Below, piece by piece: positions 1 through 9,340 of a stretch of DNA of 32,000 nt. Positions within the stretch are counted from its first letter, which is position 1; each line of letters opens with the position of its first letter. The position numbers were made by a program, and so were the translations under genes. The notes under the pieces were generated by a model that worked only from the letters and a program-made list of their open reading frames with translations, had not been told where the DNA came from and searched no databases. Source of the DNA: Opitutales bacterium. GTDB taxonomy: Bacteria > Verrucomicrobiota > Verrucomicrobiia > Opitutales > PNEW01. The stretch covers positions 330,001 through 362,000 of the forward strand of contig CBDCNV010000002.1 in NCBI GenBank assembly GCA_965219535.1, in the 5' to 3' direction.

Positions 1-262
1 GTGATAGACAAAGTGGAACCGCGATACCACCCGCCAGCCAGATTCCCCATTGAGCAGCCACATAGTCCATTCCCGGCGGGGACATAATTGCGACTCTCGC
101 CTCTGCAAGATCCGCGGTGTCGCGCAGTAAATGTTGGGCAATCTTAGTAGATTGATTTATTACATCACCGTACTTATGAACCCCGCGACGATCAATAATT
201 GCGACGCGCTCTTGGGTTGTAAGCGCGCGATTAATTAATGGAATGCTGGATGCACGAATCAT
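1..262 (-). CDS. Adenylate-forming (AMP-binding) acyl-CoA synthetase/ligase, N-terminal fragment; the 3' part lies beyond the left edge
   Basis: Not in the ORF track because it is open at the edge. The reverse complement of 262..1 reads MIRASSIPLINRALTTQERVAIIDRRGVHKYGDVINQSTKIAQHLLRDTADLAEARVAIMSPPGMDYVAAQWGIWLAGGIAVPL. This is the typical N-terminal pattern of AMP-dependent synthetases. An in-frame TAA lies 13 codons upstream with no alternative start between it and the ATG, so the ATG at 262 is the start. Confidence 0.55.
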   Translation of the reverse strand, partial: MIRASSIPLINRALTTQERVAIIDRRGVHKYGDVINQSTKIAQHLLRDTADLAEARVAIMSPPGMDYVAAQWGIWLAGGIAVPLCLS

Positions 263-347
263 CTGATCGTGGAATTGAGATACCCGGGCGCGACCAGCTT
301 ACATGAAAGTGCAAGGCCGAGTCCCGTGGCCGCATCGGTAACGATTG

Positions 348-1364
348 CTACATCCATACTTCTATCTTTTCTTTATTCACGTGTTCTTCGAGAAGCGTGC
401 TTATTGCGGTGTTCATTTCTTCGATCTCCGTCTGAGAGGGTGATACTACACCGCCGTTGCGTTCATAAGGGAAATAAAGAATATCACTATCCGTGCGCTG
501 TTTTTTAATGCGCTTCAAATATTCTGCGTTCATGCGAAAAATGCCAATGCTAATATCACGGATTTTTTCTGCCGGAAGTTTTTCAAATGTTCTTTCTACT
601 AGTTGGCGATAACTCTCTCGCCAATTTGCAATGAGTAAAACGGGGTCAAAACAAAGGCGTACCGACCAACCATCATCAATTGCCTGCGCCGCGGACTCCA
701 GGCGTCGTTCCAAAGGAGGAGTGTTTATTTCGTAACGCGACACGACCGGTTCAGGTGAGAGAGACCAGGCCAGAACAACCTGGTCATGGGGGACAAGATC
801 ACTGAGGGCACGGTAATTCGCGCTTTTCGTGCGAATTTCAATGAGCAGATTATCTTTTCTTCTGCTGTATTCTATCCATTCGTGACAGTAAGGGACCAAG
901 GACTCAAGAGCGAGTAAATCGGTGTCGTAGGAGATTGCGAGGTAGAGGGGTGTAGAGGGATCCAAGCGCTGTTTGATCGCTTTACTAGTTGCTGAAAAGT
1001 ACGCCTCGGTATTAACAAAAACAACAATGTTGGCGGAGGGGTACATGCCTTGAAGGTAACAGTAATCACAATTATAGACACAATTCAGGATGAGCGCATT
1101 GTAATGAAAGTTTGAATACCCAAAATCCTGCGCGTTGTTACTCCCGCGATAAATCAAGTGATCTTTTTTTACTGCGAGAATTAGCTTAATGCTGCGCTTC
1201 TGGATTTGAAAATGCTGCCCGGGTCGGGCAAATACATCTTTGTAGTTATCAATACAAATTCGCTCGGCTTTCGGGAAACGCGACAACAGATGTTCGGTCA
1301 TCGGGAAATTCTCCGCGGCTCTTTCAATGTAGAGATGCGAAAAATTACTGTGACTGTAGTTCAT
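348..1364 (-). CDS. Spore photoproduct lyase (SPL/SplB) family radical SAM protein
   Basis: 338-aa ORF. It carries a CX3CX2C radical SAM cluster motif (CVYNCDYCYLQG). Length and C-terminal layout (FDPVLL..W...Y..L...) resemble SplB-type DNA repair lyases. Its start overlaps the upstream gene by 20 nt. Confidence 0.8.
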   Translation of the reverse strand: MNYSHSNFSHLYIERAAENFPMTEHLLSRFPKAERICIDNYKDVFARPGQHFQIQKRSIKLILAVKKDHLIYRGSNNAQDFGYSNFHYNALILNCVYNCDYCYLQGMYPSANIVVFVNTEAYFSATSKAIKQRLDPSTPLYLAISYDTDLLALESLVPYCHEWIEYSRRKDNLLIEIRTKSANYRALSDLVPHDQVVLAWSLSPEPVVSRYEINTPPLERRLESAAQAIDDGWSVRLCFDPVLLIANWRESYRQLVERTFEKLPAEKIRDISIGIFRMNAEYLKRIKKQRTDSDILYFPYERNGGVVSPSQTEIEEMNTAISTLLEEHVNKEKIEVWM

Positions 1365-2175
1365 GCGTAATCGTTTTAAAAAGCCGGTTGCGTTCAGCCT
1401 TATTATTAACCGTCTGTTTGCAATAGGGACGCAGGAGATCGAGTCCTTTTTGATGACGGATAATATAACCGGTCGCGTAATCCTGCAACTGGTGACGTTG
1501 CGTGGTGGTCAGCTTTAGCACTTCACAAAGCTGGTTAAGAATTGAAGCGTCATCAGCCGCGATCGGTGTTGGCCGCGAACTTAAATTACTTCCCGAACTG
1601 ATAACCTCCATGAATGCGTCGAGGCAGGTTTCGATCTTTTCTCTAATCATGGGGTTATCCAAATTTATGTCTTCCAAGTGGTCGGATATAAGTTTGAGGC
1701 AGTAAATATTTTCCAGGGGGATAAAGGCGGAGGCGGAAGGGAAAAATCCACTCGCCTCCATATCCACCATATCAGAGGTGACGGTTTCTCTGCCTTTTAG
1801 AACATGGTTATCAAAGGTGGTCAAAGAGGCTTCACGCAGGTTATGTTTGAGAATAATTTCCGGATAGAAATCACGCCTTGTGGCGGCATCGGTTATTTTA
1901 TTTATAAAAACGAGTTCACCTAAGGGACGCTGGGCATCACGGCAACCGCATAACCCAAAATTAATAACAAGCGTATTTTCGGGAGATTCAATATTAGCTA
2001 AGGCATAAGTCGTAGCGATCGCGGATTTTACTTTGCCTGTTCCGCTCACTACGAGACAGGTATCCCCGCGACGATAGAGAGGAATACGTTGAGCGTGCGG
2101 ATCTTTTTTTAATCCGATTTTTTCTATCAGTGGCCTTGCTTCTTCGTGGATAGCGGTAATGATGACTTTGGCCAT
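1345..2175 (-). CDS. PNP_UDP_1 phosphorylase-fold protein (MTA/SAH or 5'-deoxyadenosine nucleosidase / futalosine hydrolase-like) with an extra C-terminal domain of about 85 aa
   Basis: 276 aa. Blocks align with MTAN (Pfs): [35 protein letters not shown] (catalytic Glu) and [10 protein letters not shown] (catalytic Asp). Residues from about 190 to 276 have no counterpart in Pfs. Confidence 0.7.
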   Translation of the reverse strand: MAKVIITAIHEEARPLIEKIGLKKDPHAQRIPLYRRGDTCLVVSGTGKVKSAIATTYALANIESPENTLVINFGLCGCRDAQRPLGELVFINKITDAATRRDFYPEIILKHNLREASLTTFDNHVLKGRETVTSDMVDMEASGFFPSASAFIPLENIYCLKLISDHLEDINLDNPMIREKIETCLDAFMEVISSGSNLSSRPTPIAADDASILNQLCEVLKLTTTQRHQLQDYATGYIIRHQKGLDLLRPYCKQTVNNKAERNRLFKTITHELQSQ

Positions 2176-2731
2176 TGTCCTTATAATAATACAACCTATA
2201 AAAGATCAGGTGGTTGGCGATAAAATAGATATTGTTGAAGGCGATATAACCCAGCTCACGGTTGACGCAATTGTTAACGCCGCCAATAATCGACTGCTCG
2301 GTGGGGGTGGTGTCGATGGGGCGATCCACAGGGCGGCCGGCCCTGAGTTACTCGAAGAATGCCGTACTCTCGGCGGCTGCGATACGGGTGAGGCTAAAAT
2401 TACACAGGGCTACCGCTTACCTGCTAAACATGTTATTCATGCGGTCGGCCCCGTCTGGCAAGGCGGCGAGCGAGGGGAACCGGAATTGCTTGCCGGTTGT
2501 TACCGGAACAGTTTGCGTCTCGCCGTGGAAAACGGACTGAGGTCTATCGCCTTCCCCTCAATCAGTACCGGCATCTATGGCTATCCACTGGAAGCGGCAA
2601 CACGTGTCGCTCTCACTGAAACAGGGATTTTTTTGGAAAATGATTCCTCGATAGAAAAAGTTATCTTTGCCTGTTACCCACCTGAAAACGCGACTGTTTA
2701 CCGTAAAGTATGCGAAGAGCTATTCGGTTAA
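2159..2731 (+). CDS. ymdB: Macro domain protein, MacroD/YmdB-type O-acetyl-ADP-ribose deacetylase
   Basis: [37 protein letters not shown] plus [15 protein letters not shown] are macro-domain signatures. The ATG at 2159 would overlap the divergent gene start at 2175. An in-frame GTG at 2210 ([14 protein letters not shown]) is an equally plausible start. Confidence 0.85.
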   Translation: MMTLAIVLIIIQPIKDQVVGDKIDIVEGDITQLTVDAIVNAANNRLLGGGGVDGAIHRAAGPELLEECRTLGGCDTGEAKITQGYRLPAKHVIHAVGPVWQGGERGEPELLAGCYRNSLRLAVENGLRSIAFPSISTGIYGYPLEAATRVALTETGIFLENDSSIEKVIFACYPPENATVYRKVCEELFG

Positions 2732-2732
2732 G

Positions 2733-3002
2733 ATGAAGCGGCTGAAAATAACGGTCAATGGACGTGTGCAGGGGGTGTTTTTTCGCGATTCGACAAGGAA
2801 TAAAGCCTCTGAACTCGGGATTTGCGGATTCGTTCGCAATCAACCTGAGGGCGCCGTCTATATTGAAGCGGAAGGAGATGATGAGCCCTTAGAGCAATTC
2901 GTGCAATGGTGTCGAGAGGGGCCTCCATGGGCGCGTGTGGAGAAAGTAGATGTTGAAGGATGTAAAGCAGAAGGGGCTTCGAAATTTATTATAGAAAACT
3001 AA
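2733..3002 (+). CDS. acyP: Acylphosphatase
   Basis: MKRLKITVNGRVQGVFFRDSTRNKASELGICGFVRNQPEGAVYIEAEG matches the V.G.VQGV.FR and G.V.N motifs. The start was moved from the track's 2667 to the ATG at 2733, which lies 1 nt after the macro-domain stop. Confidence 0.85.
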   Translation: MKRLKITVNGRVQGVFFRDSTRNKASELGICGFVRNQPEGAVYIEAEGDDEPLEQFVQWCREGPPWARVEKVDVEGCKAEGASKFIIEN

Positions 3003-3095
3003 AATGAGAGTCATTCATAAGCAAAGCGAACAGCCAGGGAGCGCGGGAGTAACAGCTTGCCTTGAATTCCATAATAAGAATAGATAATTAAAGCT

Positions 3096-3848
3096 ATGTT
3101 GCTTAAGGATAAAGTTGCCTTGATAACGGGGGCCAGTACCGGAATTGGCCGTGCGACAGCCAGCTTATTCGCGGAGCACGGCGCCCGTGTAATCGTGGCG
3201 GATATAAATGATGTGGATGGTAAACAGACAGTCGAAGGGATTGGGAAAAAAGGCGGAGAGGCTCTCTATATTCATGCTGATGTCGGCGTCATGGACCAGG
3301 TACAAATGATGAGCCAAGAGGCTATAAGCCACTATGGGTGTGTTGATATTGTCCATAGTAACGCGTATGCGTCGGTCTCCGGGATTGCCCATGAGATCAG
3401 TGAAGCTGACTGGGACCGGACCCTGGAGGTCAGCTTAAAAGCAACTTGGATGATAGCGCGCAGTATCTTACCGACAATGCGGCAGTCGCAGCATGGCGGG
3501 GTCTTTATTATTACCGGGTCTGTTCATTCAATTCGGGGCTATGCTCATAGCACTCCCTATCAGGCGGCCAAAGGCGGCCTGTTAGCGCTCACCCGTGCGT
3601 TAGCCGCTGACTATGCGCCGACCGTCCGTGTCAATGCCATCTTACCCGGGGCCATAGAAACACGCCCTGCTACGGATGAGGAAAGAAAGAGGACAGCCGA
3701 TATGTGTCCCTTGAAACGCAACGGCCGGCCGGAAGATATTGCCCAGGCGGCGCTCTTTCTGGCTTCTGATATGTCATCCTACATAACGGGGACTTCCCTC
3801 ATAGTGGACGGGGGCCTGGTCTCAACGATTACAATGCCATGGGAATAA
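3096..3848 (+). CDS. Short-chain dehydrogenase/reductase (SDR) family oxidoreductase
   Basis: TGASTGIGRA Rossmann motif, NAY, a catalytic YQAAKGG (YxxxK) motif and a PGAIET tail. Confidence 0.85.
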   Translation: MLLKDKVALITGASTGIGRATASLFAEHGARVIVADINDVDGKQTVEGIGKKGGEALYIHADVGVMDQVQMMSQEAISHYGCVDIVHSNAYASVSGIAHEISEADWDRTLEVSLKATWMIARSILPTMRQSQHGGVFIITGSVHSIRGYAHSTPYQAAKGGLLALTRALAADYAPTVRVNAILPGAIETRPATDEERKRTADMCPLKRNGRPEDIAQAALFLASDMSSYITGTSLIVDGGLVSTITMPWE

Positions 3849-3914
3849 TTTGCACTCTGACACGTGAAAAGAGCTAAGTAAAATCTTAATGTTAACCGGT
3901 ATGAACTTAAAATT

Positions 3915-4871
3915 ATGACCACTGCTAAAACAAAAGTTAAATATCCCCTGTCCTGCACGATGGAAGCGGGGGTCGAAACCTTGAAGCGGTTAAATTTAAA
4001 CACGGAGGGGGGGTTACAGATGGATCTCTTGACCGGGAAATCCCCGGGGGGGCCTAATGTCGATAATATTAAAGAATTCTATGAAATAATGACCAGTGGT
4101 CATGCCCCCATGGGCAAGAGCTCTGGAACCGTTAAAGGGTGGAGTATTGAAAATATATTTACGTGCGATGATCAAGCATTACGCTTGCGATTGAATTTCG
4201 CGGCGACCGAGAAGGATTTTCGCCAGGTTTGTATCGACCGCTATATAAAATATGTCGACCAGGCAAGTCACCTGCCCCACCTTAAAAAAGTAAATATGCA
4301 CGGTGCGCCTAAACGCTGGGTAACGGAGACACAAATTTACGGGCAGGAAGGTGATTACGAACTTCAAATAGAAGCAATCAAACAAATTGCCACTTTTGCT
4401 GGAGAACACGGGATAGAGATTACCTTGGAAAACACTAATCTTAACTGGGATGGCATTCCCGATGACATTCCGGGGGAAGCGGTGAACTGGAACCGGAGGA
4501 ATCGCTATTTCGGCGAATCGCCGGAAGAGTGGATCAAGATGGGTGAAGACGTCAACATGCCGAACGTTTCCCTGTGCCTTGATTCTGGCCACGCGGCAAC
4601 CTACGCGCAGATATTCTCCGACCATGATACGCGTAAGGAAACCATGATGAATTTTCTTTCTCGACCGGATTTAATCGGGCATGTCCATTGGAACGATCAA
4701 TTATTATATGATGTGCGTGGGCGCCCGGATTATCACGGACTGATTGGTAGCGCGTCGCTCCCGATCGAGTTTCACCGGAAAATAAAATCCCTGGATGCGA
4801 CCATCCTTCTGGAACATTTTTATTCCATCGAAGAACTCGAAGAAGAATTAGGTTTCATTGATAAATTGTAG
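3915..4871 (+). CDS. Xylose isomerase-like TIM barrel protein (sugar phosphate isomerase/epimerase/dehydratase superfamily)
   Basis: EHGIEITLENTN, LCLDSGHA, IGHVHWND and LLEH resemble the metal-ligand blocks of the AP_endonuc_2 fold. The start is uncertain; several in-frame ATGs lie downstream. Confidence 0.55.
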   Translation: MTTAKTKVKYPLSCTMEAGVETLKRLNLNTEGGLQMDLLTGKSPGGPNVDNIKEFYEIMTSGHAPMGKSSGTVKGWSIENIFTCDDQALRLRLNFAATEKDFRQVCIDRYIKYVDQASHLPHLKKVNMHGAPKRWVTETQIYGQEGDYELQIEAIKQIATFAGEHGIEITLENTNLNWDGIPDDIPGEAVNWNRRNRYFGESPEEWIKMGEDVNMPNVSLCLDSGHAATYAQIFSDHDTRKETMMNFLSRPDLIGHVHWNDQLLYDVRGRPDYHGLIGSASLPIEFHRKIKSLDATILLEHFYSIEELEEELGFIDKL

Positions 4872-4930
4872 GTTTACAAGATTAGGGGTTTCAACGATAA
4901 GCGGGAGCTTTTTTAGAAATAGCGGAATAT

Positions 4931-6772
4931 ATGGCTGATGGATTAGCATTTAAATGGCGGGTGATCCAGAGTGGCGGTAGCGGGGCATCGATTTTTCTCG
5001 CGAGCAAAGAGGAACTGGAAAACTACGAGGTTGAAATGCAATCTGTCTCTGCGCCTTCCCGTGCCGGGCGTTTATTTACCTGGGAAGATGCGCAAAACCC
5101 ACAACCCTCGTCTCCCGTCGGTCGCTTCATCGCACAATTGCTGGAATGGGGATTCAATGGATTGGCGCTGGAGGATGATCTTGAAAAGCATCCGAACGAG
5201 ATGCGTGGCTTTGCCCGCTACCTTAAAGAAAATGGTATGGGGATGATCCTCCGTCGCGAGTGGTGCGAGACTGAGATCGGTTACTCTATACCGATTACAG
5301 AAAGTGAAGCACTTCCGCGCACTTCACGCAAGTTATGCCCATACAATGATGAAGTACGCGACTATTGGGTAAAGAGGATCGCGCGTGACTACGAATTGGC
5401 GCCGGATTTGGAAGGTTATCGAATGAATGGGACGGAGTTTTATTTTATTAACGGTGCTCCATGGATGTGTGATTGCGCTGAATGCCGGAAACGGTCCGGA
5501 CGTGAACGAACGCGGGATGCAATTTGTCTCGTGGCAAATCTTTTTGCGCCTCATGGGGGGACATTGTTCTGGGAGACCTGTTCGGATGATCCCTGGGGTC
5601 AACGCCATGAGACCGTTTACTTCAAGGACATGACTGGCGAGTTGCCCGATAACGCTTTTATTTTTATCAAACGGCTCTACTTTGACTACCATCCGCATTG
5701 GCCACGCCACCCCCTCTTCGAATTTATCACCAAGGATGCAGAGGGGAATTCACCTTATATGACAAGTATTCCCCTACCCAATGAATGGATGGGCGTGCAC
5801 AGCTACCCCTATTCACATGTCGATGAGTGGAGCGAGGCATTTCGCGATATGAAAGCGACCGGTCAACAGGGAGTGTGGCTATATGACATCGTGGAACCCG
5901 GGGGATATGATCCGCCATTAAACAAGGTGAACTGGTATGCCGTCGCTCGCTATATGCGAGATCCCAATGCCGATCCTGGCGAGGTCAAATTATCCTGGGC
6001 CCAAGCACAGTACGGCGAGAAGGCAGCGCCGACCGTGCTTGAGGTTCTTTATAAAATGACAGAAGCGTTAGTGGGGATGTTTTATTTTGATGGACTTATG
6101 ACTGCCAATCACTGTCACTTTTCGAATATCGAATATCTGGACTCACACACGAGTGGCCCATACCGTCAATCGACACGCATGACGGGGATGATGGGGATGG
6201 CCTGGCCCTTGGACATGTACACCCCGCAGCGTATGGCCGAGATTCGCACTAATCCCCGAACACGGTTGGTCTTTACCCAGGCGCCCATAACACCCGCGTT
6301 AAAGGATGAAGCGATGGCGCAGAAGGAGAAGGCAGTCCGATTGATTGAAGAGTCCATTATCCTATGGCGCGGGCTTAAAGGAAAGATGGGTGAGGAAGAT
6401 TATAATATTACCCTGGTTGGACTGGAGGGGCATAAGCAAGACGCCATGATTTTTTGTAAGGGTATGGCTCTTTATATGGATTGGAAACTTGGCGTGTTGA
6501 CAGAGGAACGTATAGATAAAGTGCTCGAGGAGGCACGTGGGCTAAATGGAATTATTGTGCCGGACCCTTTGTCAGAAGAACCGGAAGCCAGACCCATGGA
6601 CGTGAATCGACCTGCTTCGCTTAAAACATTCGCGGAGCAACTGCGTCGAGACTTGCATGAACCTTGGATTGAGCAATATTGGTTAAAAAAAACTAAGGGT
6701 GTAGGGGCGGCATATGATGAAGATAATGCTGACGATCCTTGGCTGCGCATTATCAAACCCTCGGACGTATAG
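4931..6772 (+). CDS. Hypothetical 613-aa cytoplasmic protein, possibly a clan GH-A / GH42-like glycoside hydrolase with a Cys4 metal site
   Basis: Long uninterrupted ORF in an operon context with no signal peptide. LCPYNDEVRDYW followed by GTEFY..(9)..CDCAECRK mimics the GH42 pattern (C..SP.YR ... NEYG ... CxCxxC zinc site next to the acid/base Glu). The rest of the protein is not recognisable. Confidence 0.6.
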   Translation: MADGLAFKWRVIQSGGSGASIFLASKEELENYEVEMQSVSAPSRAGRLFTWEDAQNPQPSSPVGRFIAQLLEWGFNGLALEDDLEKHPNEMRGFARYLKENGMGMILRREWCETEIGYSIPITESEALPRTSRKLCPYNDEVRDYWVKRIARDYELAPDLEGYRMNGTEFYFINGAPWMCDCAECRKRSGRERTRDAICLVANLFAPHGGTLFWETCSDDPWGQRHETVYFKDMTGELPDNAFIFIKRLYFDYHPHWPRHPLFEFITKDAEGNSPYMTSIPLPNEWMGVHSYPYSHVDEWSEAFRDMKATGQQGVWLYDIVEPGGYDPPLNKVNWYAVARYMRDPNADPGEVKLSWAQAQYGEKAAPTVLEVLYKMTEALVGMFYFDGLMTANHCHFSNIEYLDSHTSGPYRQSTRMTGMMGMAWPLDMYTPQRMAEIRTNPRTRLVFTQAPITPALKDEAMAQKEKAVRLIEESIILWRGLKGKMGEEDYNITLVGLEGHKQDAMIFCKGMALYMDWKLGVLTEERIDKVLEEARGLNGIIVPDPLSEEPEARPMDVNRPASLKTFAEQLRRDLHEPWIEQYWLKKTKGVGAAYDEDNADDPWLRIIKPSDV

Positions 6773-6797
6773 ATAAATAAAGACAAGAAGTAATCTC

Positions 6798-7577
6798 ATG
6801 ATAAAGGATAGGTTGAGTGAATTGTTAAATGAGCATGATCACCTGTTCGGTTTGATCTGTCGTGATATCACAATGACCGATATCGAATTGATAGCGCAGG
6901 CAGGTTACCAAATTGTCTGGATCGATCTCGAACACAGCCCTATTACTACCGCGGAAGCGGTTCGACTGGGGCGAACTATCCACCACCTGGGGATGGTTTC
7001 CATGGTGCGCATCCCGGAACTGCGACGCACTCATGTGCAGGTATTACTCGATGGAGGCATCGATATAATTAATTTACCGGATGTACGAAACGCGGCTACC
7101 GCGAAAGAATTTGTCCGCTTGGGAAAGTACCCTCCTTTGGGTGAGCGCGGGGCGGCCTCAACCACGGCGAGTACCGGATTTACGATCGGTGATGACCCGA
7201 AGAGGACCTTTGAAGAGGCGAACAACGCGACCCATCTCATGGCCATGATCGAATGTGACGAGGGCTTTGAAGCCCTCGAAGGAATACTCGCCGTTGAAGG
7301 GATCGATATCATCAATGTCGGGCCCACCGACTGGTCAGTGAGTCTTGGCATCTTTGGCGAGGAAGCAGAAGCGCACCTCGCGCCAAAAATTGAGCATGTG
7401 ATCAGTGAATCGGTGAAGGCGGGTAAGCTTCTGGCGATGGGCGCATTTCAATCCGATCTGGCGGTCAAGCACCGCGACCAGGGGGTTCGCATTACATTGG
7501 TCGGCACCGATGTCGGCATGAAACGGAAGGTCTTCCATAATACCTTTGCTACCTATCGTAACCTCTTAAAAGGCTGA
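6798..7577 (+). CDS. HpcH/HpaI family 2-keto-3-deoxy-acid aldolase
   Basis: WIDLEHSP, VRIP, PPLGERG, MIECDEG and GPTDWS blocks are typical of HpcH/HpaI/GarL/RhmA aldolases. Confidence 0.8.
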   Translation: MIKDRLSELLNEHDHLFGLICRDITMTDIELIAQAGYQIVWIDLEHSPITTAEAVRLGRTIHHLGMVSMVRIPELRRTHVQVLLDGGIDIINLPDVRNAATAKEFVRLGKYPPLGERGAASTTASTGFTIGDDPKRTFEEANNATHLMAMIECDEGFEALEGILAVEGIDIINVGPTDWSVSLGIFGEEAEAHLAPKIEHVISESVKAGKLLAMGAFQSDLAVKHRDQGVRITLVGTDVGMKRKVFHNTFATYRNLLKG

Positions 7578-7583
7578 TTGATT

Positions 7584-8594
7584 ATGAAACTTGGCATCAA
7601 TACCGGGTTCATTATGAAATTCGATTTCGATGAGGGATTGAGCTACGCGTCAAACCTGGGCCTTCATCTCGCTGAAGTGGGAGCGTGTGGGATCGCGTCG
7701 AAGAAATACTGCGATGTCGAAAAATTGCTTGCTGACAGTGGAGATCGCCAGCAATGGATCGATAATTATGCTAAATACGCGATTGAAATTGTCTCATTAT
7801 CCGCGCACGGGGCACCGCTTACTCCGGATAAAAAGATGGCTGATGAATACAGCCGTCAGTTCCGCCAGTGCTGTGAACTGGCAGAGAGAATTGGGGTGAA
7901 GAAAGTAACCCTGGTTGCCGGATTGCCAGAAGGGATTGAAGGGGGTAATTTCCCGGTTTGGATCACTCAGCAAGTAGATGTACCATTTTATCGAAATGCC
8001 CTGCAATGGCAGTGGGAGAAACGGTTGATTCCCTATTGGAAGAAGCATGGAAAAATTGCTGCCGATCACGGCGTCACCCTTTGCTTTGAAATGCAAGTCG
8101 GTGATATGATTAATAACCCCGTAAAAATAAAACAGTTTCGCGACGAGATAGGCCCTGTTGTCGCGTGCAACTACGACATATCTCATATGTGGGCTCAAGG
8201 AATCGATCCAATCGAAGCGATACGCTATCTCGGTGAACTGGTTCAGCACGTCCATATCAAGGATACGTGTATCCATGAACACAATCTTCGTCTCAAGGGA
8301 TTTAATGATTCCACCTCCTCTACTCTACCTGAAGAGCGGGCCTGGACTTTTACTTTACCCGGTTGGGGACATGACGAGAAGACTTGGCGCGAGGTTTTTG
8401 CAACGCTTCGCCTCATTGGTTATTCCGACATCCTTTCCGTCGAAATGGAGTGTGAGTACGTTGACATCGAGGAGGGAATTGAAAAGTCAGTCGCTTTTCT
8501 CAAACCCCTTATTCTAGAAAAACCTACGGGTCAGCGTTGGTGGGAAGCTGCTGAGTTTGGTCAACTGTGGAAAGTAGAAAAGGAGGATAAATAA
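7584..8594 (+). CDS. Xylose isomerase-like TIM barrel protein (sugar phosphate isomerase/epimerase or IolE-like dehydratase)
   Basis: MKLGINTGF start, VTLCFEM, CNYDISHM, HVHIKD and SVEME blocks. The ATG at 7584 is preferred over the TTG at 7578. Confidence 0.75.
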   Translation: MKLGINTGFIMKFDFDEGLSYASNLGLHLAEVGACGIASKKYCDVEKLLADSGDRQQWIDNYAKYAIEIVSLSAHGAPLTPDKKMADEYSRQFRQCCELAERIGVKKVTLVAGLPEGIEGGNFPVWITQQVDVPFYRNALQWQWEKRLIPYWKKHGKIAADHGVTLCFEMQVGDMINNPVKIKQFRDEIGPVVACNYDISHMWAQGIDPIEAIRYLGELVQHVHIKDTCIHEHNLRLKGFNDSTSSTLPEERAWTFTLPGWGHDEKTWREVFATLRLIGYSDILSVEMECEYVDIEEGIEKSVAFLKPLILEKPTGQRWWEAAEFGQLWKVEKEDK

Positions 8595-9340
8595 TGTCTG
8601 TTCAACTGGAATTTGTGGGTCATGCCTGCTTTCGCCTATGGGAAGAGGGCAAACCGAAAATTGTTATGGACCCGTTTTCTCATGAGAAAACAGAATTGCC
8701 TGATGATGGATTTCGTCTCGATGCAGAAACAGTAATTGTCAGTTCCCTCACTGACCCTGCCCATGACAATGTTAAGCTCGTTAAAGGAAATCCGAGAGTT
8801 ATAAATGCACTGGATGTGGCGACGGGAAAGTCGGAAGCAAAGATTAATGGCGAACCGCTGGCGACAATAGCGGCAGCAGAGATCCCGGATCACCCTGAAG
8901 GCACGGACGACAACGCCTTGTATGCCTTTAAAGCCGGGGGTCTCTGGTTCGCCCACATGGGAGATCTTGGATTTGAGTTAAGCGAGAAAGATTTGGCTCC
9001 TTTTGCTGGGAAGTGTGATGTGCTAATGGCTATCACAGGAGAAAAGTTCACCCCAAAATTTGACGAGCTTGATCCCATGATTGATTTTTTAAAACCGGCA
9101 TGGATATTCCCTATGCATTACGGGTTGCCGCCGCTTGCGGGAAATGAGATTCCTGGAGGAGGGATGACTTTTATCGATGAGTTTCTCAATCGCCGTCGAG
9201 GGGACCCTGTATTTATCGTGCGACATCACACTGTTACCTTTCCACTCTCTCAATCCCGTGACGGTCGCCCGACCATAGTTGTCCTCGAACCATCAGCTTA
9301 TAAAGCTTCAGGTGGATTACCCACATTTTCTTGCTCTTGA
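8594..9340 (+). CDS. MBL-fold metallo-hydrolase (UPF0173/lactonase-like)
   Basis: FVGHACFRL, DPAHDN, HMGDLG and FPMHYG resemble Lactamase_B_2/3 members. An AGGAGGA sequence lies 7 nt upstream. There is a TAATG stop/start overlap with the preceding gene. Confidence 0.65.
   Translation: MSVQLEFVGHACFRLWEEGKPKIVMDPFSHEKTELPDDGFRLDAETVIVSSLTDPAHDNVKLVKGNPRVINALDVATGKSEAKINGEPLATIAAAEIPDHPEGTDDNALYAFKAGGLWFAHMGDLGFELSEKDLAPFAGKCDVLMAITGEKFTPKFDELDPMIDFLKPAWIFPMHYGLPPLAGNEIPGGGMTFIDEFLNRRRGDPVFIVRHHTVTFPLSQSRDGRPTIVVLEPSAYKASGGLPTFSCS

Noticed and set aside
269-508. 79-aa plus-strand ORF at the left end, and similar track ORFs lying antisense to long genes: 872-1081, 1502-1705, 4179-4625, 5333-5710, 7797-8282, 11840-12196, 11904-12221, 12906-13289, 17990-18385, 20608-20904, 27448-27798, 28353-28724 and 30036-30461.
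   Set aside because: All lie inside or opposite long ORFs that carry clear family signatures. They have low-complexity or Arg/Ser/Pro-rich composition typical of shadow frames, and no motif is recognisable.
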